A stretch of 64,000 bases of DNA from Mustelus asterias (GCF_964213995.1 NC_135823.1:1426001-1490000); one strand, 5' to 3'. Numbered from the stretch's first letter, positions 12,928 through 26,790 are shown. The notes: generated by a model from the letters alone, not told the origin. Numbers and translations are program-made.

Positions 12928-13810
12928 TAGCATGGCCAATCCAGCTAACCTGCACATCTTTGGACACTAAGGGAAAATTTAGCATGGCTAGTCCACCTAA
13001 CCTGCACATCTTTGGACACTAGGTAACTATTTAGCATGAAACATCCATCTAATCTACACATATTTGGCCACTAAAGGGCAGCTTGGCATGGCCAATCCAC
13101 CTAACCTACACTTCGTTGGACACTAAGGAAAATTTAGCATGATTAATCCACCTAACCTGCAAACCTTTGGGCAATACAACACACTATAGCATGGCCTACC
13201 CACCAAACCTGCACATCTTTGAACATTAAGGGACAATTTAGCATCGACAATCCAACTAACCTACACATTTCTGTCCACTAACGGACCCTTTACCACGGCC
13301 AATCCACCCAACCTATGCACCTTTGGACAGGAAGGAGCATTTAGCATGGTTGATCTATCTAACCTACACATCTTTGGACACTAAGGACAATTAGCATGAC
13401 CAATCCACCAAACCCGCACATCTCTAGACACTAACGGACAAAGTAGCATGGGCAATCCACCTAACCTATGCAAGTTTGGGCACGAAGATGCATTTAGCAA
13501 GGCAAATCAACCGAACCTACATCTTTGAACACTAACGAGAAATAAGTATGGACAATCCACCTAACATGCACATCTTTGGAAGCTGAGGGATAACTTATCA
13601 AGGCCAATCCACCTAACCGGCACAACTTTGGAAACTAAGTGACAATTTAGCATGGCCAATCCATCTAACCTGCACACCTTTTGACTGTGCGAAGAAACCA
13701 GAGAACCTAAAGGAAGCCGCACAGGCAGTCACCCAAGGCCGGAATCGAACCCGCATCCCTGTCACTGTGAGGTATCAGTGCTAATTACTGTGACTACGTG
13801 CCACACAGTC
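12928..13810 (-). repeat. SINE with its internal ~52-bp core amplified into ~14 tandem copies
   Basis: Unit ttagcatggccaatccacctaacctgcacatctttggacactaagggacaat over 12928-13685, followed by the SINE head to ~13810. Confidence 0.85.
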
Positions 13811-13865
13811 TATTGTTGACGATACACACTGCAGCCACTGTGCATCTTTGGTGGAGTGGGTGGAT

Positions 13866-14360
13866 AGAAACATAGAAACATAGAAAAACGACAGCACAAA
13901 ACAGGCCCTTCGGCCCCACAAGTTGTGCCGAACATATCCCTACCTTTTAGGCCTACATATAACCCTCCATCCTACTAAGTCCCATGTACTCATCCAGGAG
14001 TCTCCTAAAATACCCTGTTGAGTTTGCCTCCAGCACCACTGACGGCAGCCGATTCCACTCGCCCACCACCCTCTGTGTGAAAAACTTCCCCCTAACATTT
14101 CCCCTGTACCTACCCCCCAGCACCTTAAAGCTGTGTCCTCTCGTAGCAGCCATTTCCACCCTGGGAAAACCCTCTGAGAGTCCACCCGATCTATGCCTCT
14201 CAACACCTTATATACCTCGATTAGGTCTCCTCCAATCCTACGTCTCTTCAAGGAAAAAAGACCGAGCTCCGTCAGCCTATCCTCATAAGGCATGCCACTC
14301 AATCCAGGCAAGATCCTTGTAAATCTCTTCTGCACACTTTTAATCTTTTCCACATCCTGC
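13866..14360 (-). mobile_element. CR1 LINE 3' fragment; same subfamily as 63348-64000
   Basis: VQKRFTRILPGLSGMPYEDRL; (atagaaac)n tail. Confidence 0.85.
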
Positions 14361-14414
14361 ACATCCTGGTTATTTGAGAACATCAATGTGATGTCAAATA
14401 CTCTGTCTTACTGG

Positions 14415-14740
14415 CGGCATGCTCGCACAGTCGTTAGCACTGCTGTTTAAAAGCTCCAGGGACCTGGGTTCGATTCTCGGCTTGAGTCACTGTCTGTGTG
14501 GAGTTTACACATTCTCCTCGTGTCTGCGTGGGTTTCCTCCCACAGTCCAAAGATGTGCGGGTTAGGTTGATTGGCCATGCTGAAAGTGTCCGTTAGTGTC
14601 CTCAGATGTGGAGGTGAGAGGGATTGTCGGGTACATGTGGAGTGATATGGGGTTAGGGCCTGGGTGGGATTGTGGTCGGTGCAGTTTCGATGGGCCAGAT
14701 GGCCTCTTTCTGCACTGTAGGGTTTCTATGACTTCTATGA
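14415..14740 (+). mobile_element. HE1/V-SINE-type SINE
   Basis: Same head, core and tail as 768-1110. Confidence 0.8.
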
Positions 14741-17700
14741 TAATAGCTTGGGCCTCCATCATTCAGTCAAGTGGTGGTTTTAAATACGCAAAACAGACTT
14801 AACTGATCATGATTTAACAGACTTGAGTATCCTCTCCAATGGACGATTTTTCCACAGAGATCACTTACACTCGAGTGAAATAAGTTGCATCAAAAATGGT
14901 CCGAGGATTTTTTTTTATGATGCGAGAGAGAGAGAGAGAGAGTGAGTGAGCTGGCAATATTTTAGGGTTTAATTTCGATTTTAGGGACCAGTGGCTGAAA
15001 GCAAATTGCGGCAAAAACTTGGGTGGGCTCGTGGTCGAAACCAAAGGGACGCAGTGATGTCGCAGTTCTTTGAGGACTCTCTGACTTTATGCGGTTGCGG
15101 GAGTTGTTGGGCGTTCAAGGATTTACACAGATAGGTAGGATTTTAGAAGATGACTGCGGTGATAGGGAGGATGGTTGGGGTGGTGGAAAGTTATAGAGAT
15201 AACGATATATGTTGGACGGCTGTATTTTATTGCACAGATAGGGAACAGGCCACAGACGAGAGGAATCTCAAAGCAATACTGAGAATTTTAAAATCAATGT
15301 GTGGCTGGACTGTATACCAATGTAAGTCACGGACCAGAGGTGCGGGCGGGAGTGAAGGGTGGTTGGCAATTGGTGTGTATTAGACTGCGAGGCAAGACAG
15401 TTTTGGGAAAAAGGATGGGGGAATGAGATACTCCAGGGAATCGATAACGCGACTTCGGCTGAATTATTCTATTTTTATGTCAGTTCATAGTTTACCTGAA
15501 CCTGAGACGTGTCACCGAATGTGTGTGGTGAACGGTGTCTCCAAATAATTGTGCTCCGATCCCGTTTGAACCATTTTCAGCAGAGCTGTGATATTTCAGG
15601 GTAAGTGACCTGAGAAAGACGGTACCAGACTTTGTTGTATATCACCCAGTGTACAGCCGTCTCGTCACCCCATCACCCGGGGAACATCCTGCGTTCCTCC
15701 ACCGTTCCCCACTTTCCCCCCTCCCCCACCCCTTCCCTCAAGCCGCCCGGCGTGTTTTTCTTCCCCTGCCTGGATCACGTGTGAACACCCCTGTACTATT
15801 TCGCAATTAGGCCCAGAACAACATCAACGTGGACGCCAAGAGCTAAAATAAGCGCCACGCAGGGGCCCCCTGTGGATGACAGTTATGCAACCCAGCTGCA
15901 TTCAGGTGCGATACCAGGTAGACACTGTTCAGCTTCGCTTACTGATTTATTAGTATCACGAGTCGGCTTACATTAGCACTGCAGTGAAATTACTGTGAAA
16001 ATCCACAGGTCCGCACAATCCCCAGCGCCTGTTCGGATACACTGAAGGAGAATTTAGCATGCCCAATACACCTAAGTAGCATGTCTTTCGGGCTGTGGGA
16101 GGAAACCGCAGCACGCGGACGAAACGCACTCAGACACGGGGGGAACGTGCAGACTCCACACAGACAGTGACCCAAGTCGGGAATCGAACCAGCGTCCCTG
16201 GCGCTTTAGCACAGCAGTAATGTTCCACCGTACCACCGTGCCACGGTGCCGTCCCGGGCGACATGGATATTAAACTATGTGTATTTCCCAGGGTGGAAAT
16301 AGCTGCTACGAGAGTACACAGGTTTAAGGTGCAGGGGGGTAGGTACAGGGGAAATATTAGGGGGAGGTTTTTCACACAGAGGGTGGTGGGCGAGTAGAAT
16401 CGGCTGGCGTCAGTGATGGTGGAGGCAAACTCTATAGGGTCCTTTAAGAGACTCCTGGATGTGTACATGGGACTTAATAGGATGGAGGGTTACAGGTAGG
16501 CCTCGAAGGTAGGGATATGTTTGGCACAACTATTGGGGCCGAAGGGCCTATTTTATGCTGTAGCTTTTCTATGTTTCTATGCTTCTTTGTCATTGTCATA
16601 GTGCTAACTGGACTCATAAATGTTTGAGTGCAAGTTTCATCAACAAGCTTTATTGCACATCTGAGACTCATCGATCGACTTTCGCACCAATCAACAAAAA
16701 GGATCTGATGGAGGAGGAGGTGTTGCCGACTTCATTCCTTCTGCATCAGCGGTAAGATCCTGATTCCACGTTAGATCCACATTGTCACAATTTCTCAAAG
16801 AAACAAGGAATCTGTCTTCAATGCTCTCAACAATTGAGCATGCAGATCTCTCTGCGGAAAAGCATCCCGAATGCTCACAGATCTGTGAAAGAAGCACTTC
16901 CCGCTCATCTCGGTCCTTATCCTGTGATTATGACCCCCGTGTTCTGGGCTGACCAGCAATGGGAAGACAGTTCTCAATATTAATGCTGCAATCCCAGCCT
17001 GAATCTTCTCATCCTGCTGATATTACCACATATTCTTCTGAACTCCAGCCATCGACCCAACTAATGGATTTTCCCAGCTATGCCAAACATTTCCTGCCAG
17101 AAGTCAATCCACAGTATCCTCGTCTGGAAGGTAAAGTCAGCTTTCCACGGAAAAGAGAACGAAACGTGACTCAGTCTTCCCGGGCAAATCTCAATGATGT
17201 GCGGTGTGTTTGCAGTCAGCATTACTTGCACCAAACACAGCAATAAATCCCAGCAATGAAATTGCTGTGCAAATTGCTTGGGATACCTGCTGCTAAATGT
17301 TCTGTATGCTTTTCACAAGATCATCCAATCTATCTGAATCATAAAATTATTAAATCCCTACAGAGCAGGAGGAGGCCATTTGGCCCATCGAGCTGCACCA
17401 ACAACTCTCCCCGCCAGTCCCGAATCACGTAACCCCAGTAATTCACGCTGCTAATCTACCTGACACTAAAGGGCATGGCCAATCAATCTAACCAATACAT
17501 CTTTGGAGTGTGGGAGAAAACCGGAGCACCCAAAGAAAACCCACGCATTCACGGGCAGAATGTGCAAACTGCACACCGTCACCCAAGTCCGGAATTGAAC
17601 CCGTGTCCCTGGTGCTGGGAGGTAGTAGTGCTAACGACTGTGCCACCGTCCCACCCATGTTGAACCACCGGAATGCCCCAGTCATTCAAACTATAAACAT

Positions 17701-20289
17701 TATCCTGCTGTTCACATCTTTCCTCAGAGGTGGATAGTTTCACATTTTTAAACATTATATCTCACCTGCCACTTACATATTCAATGAATTTGGGTTAAGG
17801 TTAAATCAGAAACCAAGACCAGGTCATCAGAAGCCTGTAACAACATCTATGGGGAGTTTGCTAAAATCCCTGGTAATATGAGCAAGTATGAGCAAATATT
17901 CTACCAAATTCATCGAATCATAAAATCCCAACAGTGCAGAAGGAAGTCATTGAGTCTGCACTGACTCTTTCTGACAGAGTACCTTACCGTGGCCTTTTTC
18001 CTCAATTTAACCCCATAACTCAATTTACCATGCCTGGTCCATCTAAACCACACACATTGGGACACTCAGGGACAAATTAGCCTGCACATATTTGGAGTAT
18101 CAGTGAAAACCGCAGCACCCGAAGGAATCCCACTCAGACACAGGGATAATGCGCAGGCTCCGCAAACAGTCGCCCAAGACAAACTAGACAGCGCCAATAT
18201 GGCACCGTTAAAGTGGAATCCTGTTTGATTAATATATTCAAATCTTAAGGTGATCAGTATTCAGAGAAACAATAGAGTCTCTCTGAATGCTCTATGCATG
18301 GTTCTTTTGTTAGATAGCCAGTTACAGACGACAAACGACATAACCGATCATTGTCAAACTCAGAATTGTATGGACTTAGAGCTTTTGGATTGTGGTTTCA
18401 AATTGCTTGAGGGGTTGGGGACAGGAAGTGAGGAAAAAAATGTTGCCGGTTGTGACGAGTGACCGCTGGAGGTTCATTTGTCCTTCGACCATATTTAATA
18501 ATAAAGGACAAAGAAATGTACAGGACAGGAACTAGCCATTCCAAACCCATGCCGTTCATGATCCCACAACGAAACTCAAAAGAAATCTTCTGCCCTTGAT
18601 TTGCATCCCTCGATTTCCTCCCAGTTCACGAACCCAGCCAGATGCCTCTTAAATGTTGCGAATGTGTCTGCTTCCACCACGTCCTCTGACAACGCGTTCC
18701 AGGCACCCACCACTCTCTGATGAGAAACTTCCTCTGTGCATCTCCCTTAAACTGCCTCTCTCACCCTGATCCTGTGCCCCTTGTAATTGACAATTCCACC
18801 CTTGGAAAAACGCTCTGACTATCCACCCTGTCTTTGCCTCTCATAATTTGATAGATCTCTATCAGGCCTCCACTCAGCCCCCAGTCTCTCATGCTCTCAG
18901 TCTTTGCAGTGAAAGCAATTGTATTTTATTGAATTTCTGCTCATAGGCAACACGCTCGGTGCCTGGCGACAGCTTATATTTGTACTCTCTTCACAGCTTC
19001 CCCATCTTTCTGATAGTGTGGTGACCAGAACTGCAGGCAATGCTCGAAATGCGGCTGAATCAAGATTTGATGTCGCGAATGAGTCAGATGAAATCTTAGC
19101 GAGGTGTATGGTTGCGATTTAGAGACTTCAGTTGGGGGCGAGTGGGAGGATGGGTGGGGGGGGGGGGTGGTATTAGCACATGGAAGGCGGGAGCAGTAAT
19201 TTCCAAGCTGACTCATACAGGTAGTGAGCGACTTGTTCTTTAGTGGGCGTAGCGGGTTGGAGACAGTCTCGGTACCCTCTCCTTTTCCAATGTTCCTCGA
19301 TTAAGTGGAGAAAGTTCTGATATGGGATAATCATGTTTGTCAACTGGTCATAACAACATGGAAACTCGAATCAGGAGTAGGCTATTCGGCCCCTCAGTCC
19401 TGCCCCAACATTCACTTTGATCATGCCTGATCATTAAATTTAATATCCTGATCCCTCCTTCCCCTCATACCATTTGATCCCTTCAGCCCCAAGAGCTATA
19501 TCTAATTTTATCTTGAAATCAGGCAACATTCCGGAATCAACTACTTTTATGTGGGAAGGAATTCCACACATTCCCCGTCCTCTGGGTGAAGAAATGTCTC
19601 CTCACATCAGTTCTAAAATGTTTATCCCTTATCCTCACACTTTGACCACTAGTTCTGGGCTGCCGCACCATTAGGCACATTCATTTTAAATGCATCCTGC
19701 GTAACCCTGTTAGAACTGTGAAAGTTGATATGAGATCTCCTCTCACTCTTCTGAACTCCAGCGAATATTATCCTAACCGATTTAGTCTCTCCTCAAATGA
19801 CAGGCATGCCATCCCAGGAATCAGGCTGGTAAAACTTCGCTGTATTCCCTCTATAGCAAGGTCACCATGCAATAGTCGAATAGCGTCGTTACTGGGGATG
19901 TGTAGAAGTGGGGTTCTTGGATGGCAGGGAGTAAGAAGGGGAAGGGATGGACGAATGTTATTACTGCTCGACTAGCAATCCAGAAACTCAGTTAATGACC
20001 TGGGGAACCGCGTTCAAATCCCACCAGGGCAGATGGTGGAATTTGAATTAAGCAAAACAAAAATCTGGTAATACGAATCGACAGTGACCATGACACCAGT
20101 GTCGATTATTGAAAAAATAAATATGAGGTTCACGAATGTCCTTTTGGGAAATAAATTTGCCATCCTTACTGGGTCTGACCTACATGTTACTCCAGACCCA
20201 GAGGAATGTCGTTCAGTCCCATCTGCCCTCGTGCAACTAACGATGGGCAATAGTTGCATGCCAGACAGTAACGCGCATGTCCCACGAAT

Positions 20290-21475
20290 GAATAAAAATA
20301 AAGTGAGAATTTTGCAAAATCCTATGAGATCCCTTCTCACTCTTCTAAACTCCAGTAAATGTAATCTGAGACGGTGTAGCCTCTCCTCATATGACAGACG
20401 TGCGATGACAGGAATCAGCCTGGTAAACTTTGACTGTACTCCCTCTATAGCAAGTACATATTTCCTCATATAAGGGCATCAAAACTGCACCCAATAATCC
20501 TGTTGTGGCCTCACCAACGCCCTGTATAATTGAGGTAAAACATTCAATTTCCTGCACACAAATCCTCTCGCTGTGATGAGCAGCATGGCATTTGCCTTCT
20601 TTACTGCCTGTTGTACCTTTGCACTTACTTGCAGCGACGAATGCCCAAAGACAGCAAGATCTCGCTCAGTATCCACCTCTCTAAATTTACACTAATTCAT
20701 AAATAAGCTGCCTTCCTAATTGTGCTACAAAGTGGATGACCTCACATTCATCCACATTACACCCCATTTGCTCTGCATATTCCCACATTGCCAGGCTCTT
20801 CACTGTAAAGTGAATCATCACAACTTGACTCCAAAATGCTTAAAATATGTGAGATGCAGGTCGTGTAGTCATAGAGGTTTACAGCAAGGAAACAGGCCCT
20901 TCGGCCCAACTTGTACATGCAGCCCTTTTTTTAACGCCTAAGCTAATCCCAATTGCCCGCATTTGGCCCATATCCCTCCATACCCATCGTACCCATGTAA
21001 ATATCTAAATGCTTTATAAAAGACAAAATTCTACCCGACTCTACTACTACCTCTGGCAGCATGTTCCAGACACTCACCACACTCTGTGTGAAAAATTGCC
21101 TCTCTGGACACTTTTGTACCTTTCCCTTCTCACCTTAAACCTATGCCCTCCATAGACTCCCCTACCTTTGGGAAAAGATAATGACTATCTTTCTGATCTA
21201 CGCCCCTCATTATTTTATAGACCTCTATAAGATCACTTCTCAGCCTCCGACGCTCCAGAGAAAAAAGTCCCAGTCTATCCAACCTCTCCTTATAACTCAA
21301 TCCATCAAGTCCAGGTGGCATCCTGGTAAATCTTTTCTGCACTCTTTCTAGTTTAATAATATCCTTTCTATAGTAGGGTGACCAGAATTGCACACAGTAT
21401 TCCAAGTGTGGCCTCATCATTGTCTTGTACAGCTTCAACAAGACATTCCAACTCCTGTATTCAATTTTCTGACGA
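20290..21475 (-). mobile_element. Two CR1 LINE fragments
   Basis: LYRALVRP...VQF and RPHLEYCVQFWSPYYRKDIIKLERVQKRFTRM. Confidence 0.8.
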
Positions 21476-22864
21476 TCAAAGGTGGTCATAAGCTTCGTCA
21501 AACAGTTCGGTTTAAGATTTTTTTTCAACAGAGAGTCATAGAGATTTAAGGAGAGAATTCCAGAGCTGAGGTCCGAGTCAGCTGACAACATGGCCGGCAA
21601 TGTTGGAGTGGTGTAAATTGACGAATGTGAAAGAGACCAGAATCGATTCCACTCTTATTTCCGGATTAGTTACAACACCCTGGATTTCTAATTCGCAATT
21701 GCATTCCTGAGATATCGGCAGATAATCCACGCTGTCACACCCGCACAATGCCGAAGAAACACTGCCCTCTCGGTGAGATGATGTCTTGAGAACCCGGCAT
21801 TAAGATCAGGCTGTACTCTCGTGTATAGGTAAAACTGCAAAATGACCCTTTGTCACAAGGGAGCAAGGACCGATTTCTGGACGAATATTTATCACTTGTT
21901 CAGGGGCAGGCGATGGGCTAATGGTGTCACTTTATTAATCAATAAATCTAGCTCATGTTCTGGGGGCCCGAGTTCAATTCCCGCCATGTTTGATGTATTC
22001 CCGGTTGAAGCTGAGCAGTGACCTGATGGAAGTCTGTAAAATTATGAGCCACATCGTTAGGGTTGACAGTCAGAATCTTTTCCCAGAGTTAAAATATCTA
22101 GTCTATTACTATTCTATTACTGAGTACAAAAGTGCAAACCTAACTGCAGTTCCAAATATGCTTCACTTACTGTAAAGAACCATGAAACATCCTATGGTCG
22201 GGATTGTCTCTATATTAAGCAGGAGGACTATCATCTAAATGAAATAATGAAACATATGTCCTGTTGCAAACCAAACGAAACAAAGAATTAGCACCAACTT
22301 CTTACCTTCAGTGTCCCTGAACTGCACAGCTTTCAATTCATATTTTGATATCACAATTGCATAAAATACACAGCACAGAATGGATACATTCGGCCCATTA
22401 TCTCGGTGCTATAGCTAATGCTTCACACATGCTTCAACCGAATGCCTCGTCATATCACCCCGTCAACATGTCCTTTTGTTTACTTTTCTCACTGGTGTCT
22501 CTCTCCAACATTCCAATTACGTTCAGTTGTCCATTCATCTCAGCTATTCCCTCTGCGAGTGCGTTCAGCATTCTTCCAGTTTTCTGTCGGAAAAAGATAG
22601 TAAATTCTGAAAACAAAAACGTACCAAACGTACCAAGAACAGCTTCTTGCCTGCTGCCATCAAATTGTGAAAAAACTACCATATATTAATTTCATCTTTC
22701 TCCACACCCTAGCTATGACTGTAACACTACATTCTGCGCCCTCTCTTTTCCTTCTCGCCTCTGTCATCTATGAACGGCATGTTCTGTTTGCATAGCGTGC
22801 AAGAACAATACTTTTCACCATATCCCAATGCATGCATATTAAATCAAACCAAATGTATCTACTC

Positions 22865-23776
22865 TATCGATTTGGAATAAGGAATTGAAGGCATTGTTGC
22901 TGAAGTTGCAGATGATACAAAGATATGACAAGGGACAGGTAGCACTGAGGAAGCAGGGGGGGCGCTGCAGAAGGGCTTGGACATGTTCGGAGTGTAGGGA
23001 AATAGTAGCAGATGGAATACAACTTGGAGAAGTGTGAGGTTTTGCACATTAGAAGGAGGAATTGATGCATAGATAATTTTCTAAATGGGGAAATGCATAG
23101 GAAATCAGAAACACAAAGGAACTTGGGTTTCCTTGTTCAAGATTCTCTTAAGGTTAACGTGCAGGTTCAGTCAGGAGTTAGGAAGGCAAATGCAATGTTA
23201 GCATTCATGCCGAGAGGGCGAGAATACAAGAGCGGGGATGTACCATCGAGATTGTATAAAGCTCTGGTCAGAGCCCATTTGGAGCATTGTGAGCAGTTTT
23301 AGGCCCCGTATCTAAGGAAGGTTGTGCTGACATTGTACAGGGTGCAGTCAGCTTGTCGTATGAGGAGAGGTTGAGGACTCTGGCTCTGTACTCGTTGGAG
23401 TTAAGAAGGATGAGGGGGAATCTTCTTGGAACTTACAGGATGCAGCGCGGCCTGGATAGAGTGAACGTGGAGAAGATATTTCCGCTAGGAGGAAAAACTG
23501 GAACCAGAGGCTGAAGGGACGTTCCTTTAAAACAGAGATGAGGAGAAATTTCTTCAGCCAGAGAGTGGTGAATCTGTGGAACTCTTTGCCGCAGAAGGTT
23601 GTGGAGGCCAGGTCATTGAGTGTCTTTAAGATATAAAGAGGTTGGATCTTGATTAATAAGGGGTCATGGGTTACGGGGGAAAGTCAGGAGAATGGTAATA
23701 AGAAAAATATCAGCCATGGTTGAATAGCGGAGCAGCCTCGCTGGGCCGAGTGGTCTAATTCTTCTCCTATGTCGTA
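22865..23776 (+). mobile_element. CR1 LINE 3' fragment
   Basis: KANAMLAF...LYKALVRAHLEHC; CR1 3' UTR ending at ~23776. Confidence 0.8.
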
Positions 23777-24335
23777 TGGTCATATGATCTTACTCTACGG
23801 ATGGTATGCATGGTCTGTCTCGCATTCAAGGAACAATACTTTTCACTGTATCCCTATACATGTAACAATAATATATCAAATCAAATCTATATACTTTATG
23901 AACGGTGTGCTTTCTCTATATAGAGCGCAAGAAACAATTTTGTTCACTGTATACTAATATGCGTGACAATACTAAATCAAATCAATTCAAATCAAATTAA
24001 ATCAATTTGCATTCTCCCCTGTATCCGGAATTCCCCATTCCATTTATTGTTTATTATCTTAAACTGCTGACCAACTCACTTCAAAATCCTCCATCTGTCC
24101 TTTCAACAATTTAAGATCTGTTAATGTCCCTTTCCTATCAAGCCTCAATATTCACATGGTTTAGAGAGAATAGATCCAGCCTATTCAATGCACTCTGATA
24201 GTGAGGAACTATCAGTTCTGCTATCACCCTTGTGAAGTATTTAGAGTAACTTCCCTATTGCCTCTTTATTCTGACCAGATCTGAAGAACTACGTTTTGTT
24301 CTCCTCGTTTGGTCTGACTGTTGTGAGTAGATAGC

Positions 24336-24454
24336 TGTGGTATTGTGCGAAATCGCTGAGTTTGTACCAACACTTTGACTTGTAAACAGGAAAACTGCAG
24401 AGATCTGTCTACTTCGGTTCTATTTTCAACCGCAGTCGTGTATTTATTAATATA
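24336..24454 (+). promoter_or_regulatory. Putative promoter of gene B (RUNX-like, FOX:ETS-like and TATA-like motifs)
   Basis: TGTGGT 24336-24341, TGTAAACAGGAA 24381-24392, AACCGCA 24428-24434 and TATTTATTAATATA 24441-24454, 100-220 bp upstream of the ATG; most are retained in the B' duplicate. Confidence 0.4.
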
Positions 24455-24559
24455 CATGGTGCGCACGTTTCACACCTCCCACACAGAAGGAGAAAAAGAG
24501 CGAGTTCTCAGTGAGATTCGGATGTGGGGCTCAGAGTCTCACCGTCTGAGTCAAGGACA

Positions 24560-24602
24560 ATGAGTTTCCTCGGTATTTGTTCATTGCTCCATCTGTTCCA
24601 GG
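24560..24602 (+). CDS. Gene B exon 1: signal peptide (MSFLGICSLLHLFQ)
   Basis: ATG, hydrophobic peptide and G|GTGAG donor; phase 1 matches the V exon. Confidence 0.8.
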
Positions 24603-25558
24603 GTGAGAAATCCTGATTATATTCAGATAGCGTGGAGAAGAATTTAGATTTGTTAACTAAAAATGAATTGTTTCCAATGCCAGGTGGGTCATTCACCAGA
24701 GAAACAAAGATGGAAGAAAATCCGTTACGGTAAGGAGGGAAGGACGGAAAGGTTTTTTTTTGCAAACGCAGCGAATTGTTGTCGTCTGGAAGGCACTGCC
24801 TATTAGGTCGCTCGAAGTAAATTCAATAGGAACTTTCAAAAGGGGGGAATTGGAGAAATGTGTGAAGAGGACAACATTTGCTGTTATTTGGGGAGAAAGA
24901 AGAGGGCGGGTGTCCAACTGGGAAACTCTTCAAAGTCCCAGTCCTGACACGAAGGGCCGAGTGGTTTCCCTCTTTGTTGTGCAGAGCTCTGAGATGTAAC
25001 TCAGTATAGAAACTTCTCTTTAAAGCGACACACATTTAACGCAGTGGAAAAAAATGCGTCTATCAATAAATTGAATGCAAATTAAAGCCAATTGACACAC
25101 AATTGTCATGAAAAAATGTGAGTTGCTCCATTTACACCAATGGCGACATGGTAGTGCTGTCGTCTTTTAACTGAAACTGTAAATACTTGAAAAAAAACAT
25201 ACAAGGTTCGCGGAGAATAAGTAGAAACATTGCTTGGGTGAGAAGAAATACGAGTAAATTTTGCTGAAGTTCTTCATTTGACTTAATCCTCACAGCTCCC
25301 ATGTCTCCACCCCAGTGTTAACACCAGGCTTTCTGGTCAACGGACTCGGATTGTGCATTAAAAATTGAGGAGGAAAACAGCAGAACCAACACAATAGTTA
25401 GTTCGATTTTAGGTGTTCGTGAGTTGGGCGCCTCGCTTTTTAGATATGGGGTAATGTTTGTAGATTTGTTTTGGCTCTATATCGGCATTGCTTTGTCGGG
25501 GCTGGTTTTCGATGTTGCAGTTCAGCCTGTGGTGACTCTGGTTCTCTCTCTTTCACAG

Positions 25559-25897
25559 TCACTGTGTCTCAGTCTATCGTGACCCAGTTTCCACCAGTTC
25601 TATCACTGGCAGAGGGGAGCTCTGTTAAACTGAGCTGCCGCATCCAGGGCTCAAGAACTGCTATCGTCTTTTGGTACATGCAGCCAGCGCGAAAAGACAT
25701 AACCTTGGTTTACAGAGCAGGCCAGTACCTCAAAGCATTCGACAGGTTTTCCAGTGAGATTTTGGAAAATAAGAATATTTATTCACTCATCATTGCGGAT
25801 ACGCGGAGAGATGATTCTGGGATGTATTACTGTGCAATCCGCAATCAACTAATGGGGTCAGTGATATTCGGAAATGGATCCAAGTTGGTGATTACAG
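25559..25897 (+). CDS. Gene B exon 2: V domain with germline J-like strand (FGNGSKLVI)
   Basis: ctctttcacAG acceptor; SVKLSC...FWYMQ...DRFS...YSLII...DDSGMYYCA...FGNGSKLVIT; G|GTAAAT donor; no stop codons. Confidence 0.93.
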
Positions 25898-26086
25898 GTA
25901 AATTTCACCATTATTCCATTGAATAATGCAAAACAGGCTCCGTTTGTGGCGACAGTGTTAATCTACGATTTACATGTAATGATAAATAAACTTGTAAAAA
26001 CCTGAACTGATCATTTTAGCAGCAATTAAAACGCGTCCTTTTCTACCTGTTAATGGGCTCTTTGTTTGTTTTGCCGGACTTAGCAG

Positions 26087-26389
26087 GTTCTCCCGCCGTA
26101 TTCCTGCTCATCCCGCCGCTGGATGAGATTCCCGCCATGGAAAGGGTCCCGTTGTTGTGTTTGGTCAGAGGCGTGTCTGCCGATTCCTTTTCAGTCCGCT
26201 GGAAAGTTTCTGGGCGGGAAACCGGGGGAATGACCGATTCAGGGACAATGGAACAGGACGGGACCTACACCGTCAGGAGTTACATCAGCTTCTCGGCGGA
26301 AACTTGGAGCAGCGGCATCCAGTGCACTTGCGCCGTTCGGATCAACTCCAATGAAAGTATTCTCAGTGAAAGTGTCTCATCTCAGAGAA
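26087..26389 (+). CDS. Gene B exon 3: Ig C1-type constant domain
   Basis: SPAVFLLIPP...VPLLCLVRG...VRW...DGTYTVRSYI...WSSGIQCTCAV; phase-1 acceptor at 26086; the donor A|GTAGCT is weak, so the 3' boundary is less certain. Confidence 0.88.
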
Positions 26390-26790
26390 GTAGCTACTCA
26401 CAATGACCCCTTCAAATCCATCTATTCAATGCTAATGTCAGGCTCTACACAGAGCAGTCTAATTTTGTAACGTGTCCCTTTTCCTGTATGTTTCAACGTA
26501 AATCCATTTCATTATTGAACTATCACAGGTCTCTCATTCAGTCAGAGTTCAGTGTGCTGAAAATTTTAACTGCTCTCTCCTGCACTGGGAAGTGTCGATG
26601 TTCAGCCACTGAGACAATTGTTTCAGGCACAGATAGATTTCGGGATGTAGGGGAATTACCAGAAATTAATGTTTATATTGAAGTTTAGCCATCATGTTAT
26701 TGAATGCTGGAGTAGCCTCGGTATGTCAAGTGGCTTCGCCCTGCTCCTATTGATGGTTTTCATGTGTCTGGCACATTCGTGTTGATATAA

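Noticed and set aside
12928-13685. Regular array resembling CRISPR
   Set aside because: Head-to-tail diverged units with no unique spacers, derived from a SINE, in eukaryotic DNA
25559-26389. Calling B a conventional Ig light chain or TCR gene
   Set aside because: V and J are in one exon without RSS, the V-C intron is 189 bp, there is a separate TM exon plus an ITIM exon, and the C1 motif is atypical; no gene symbol assigned
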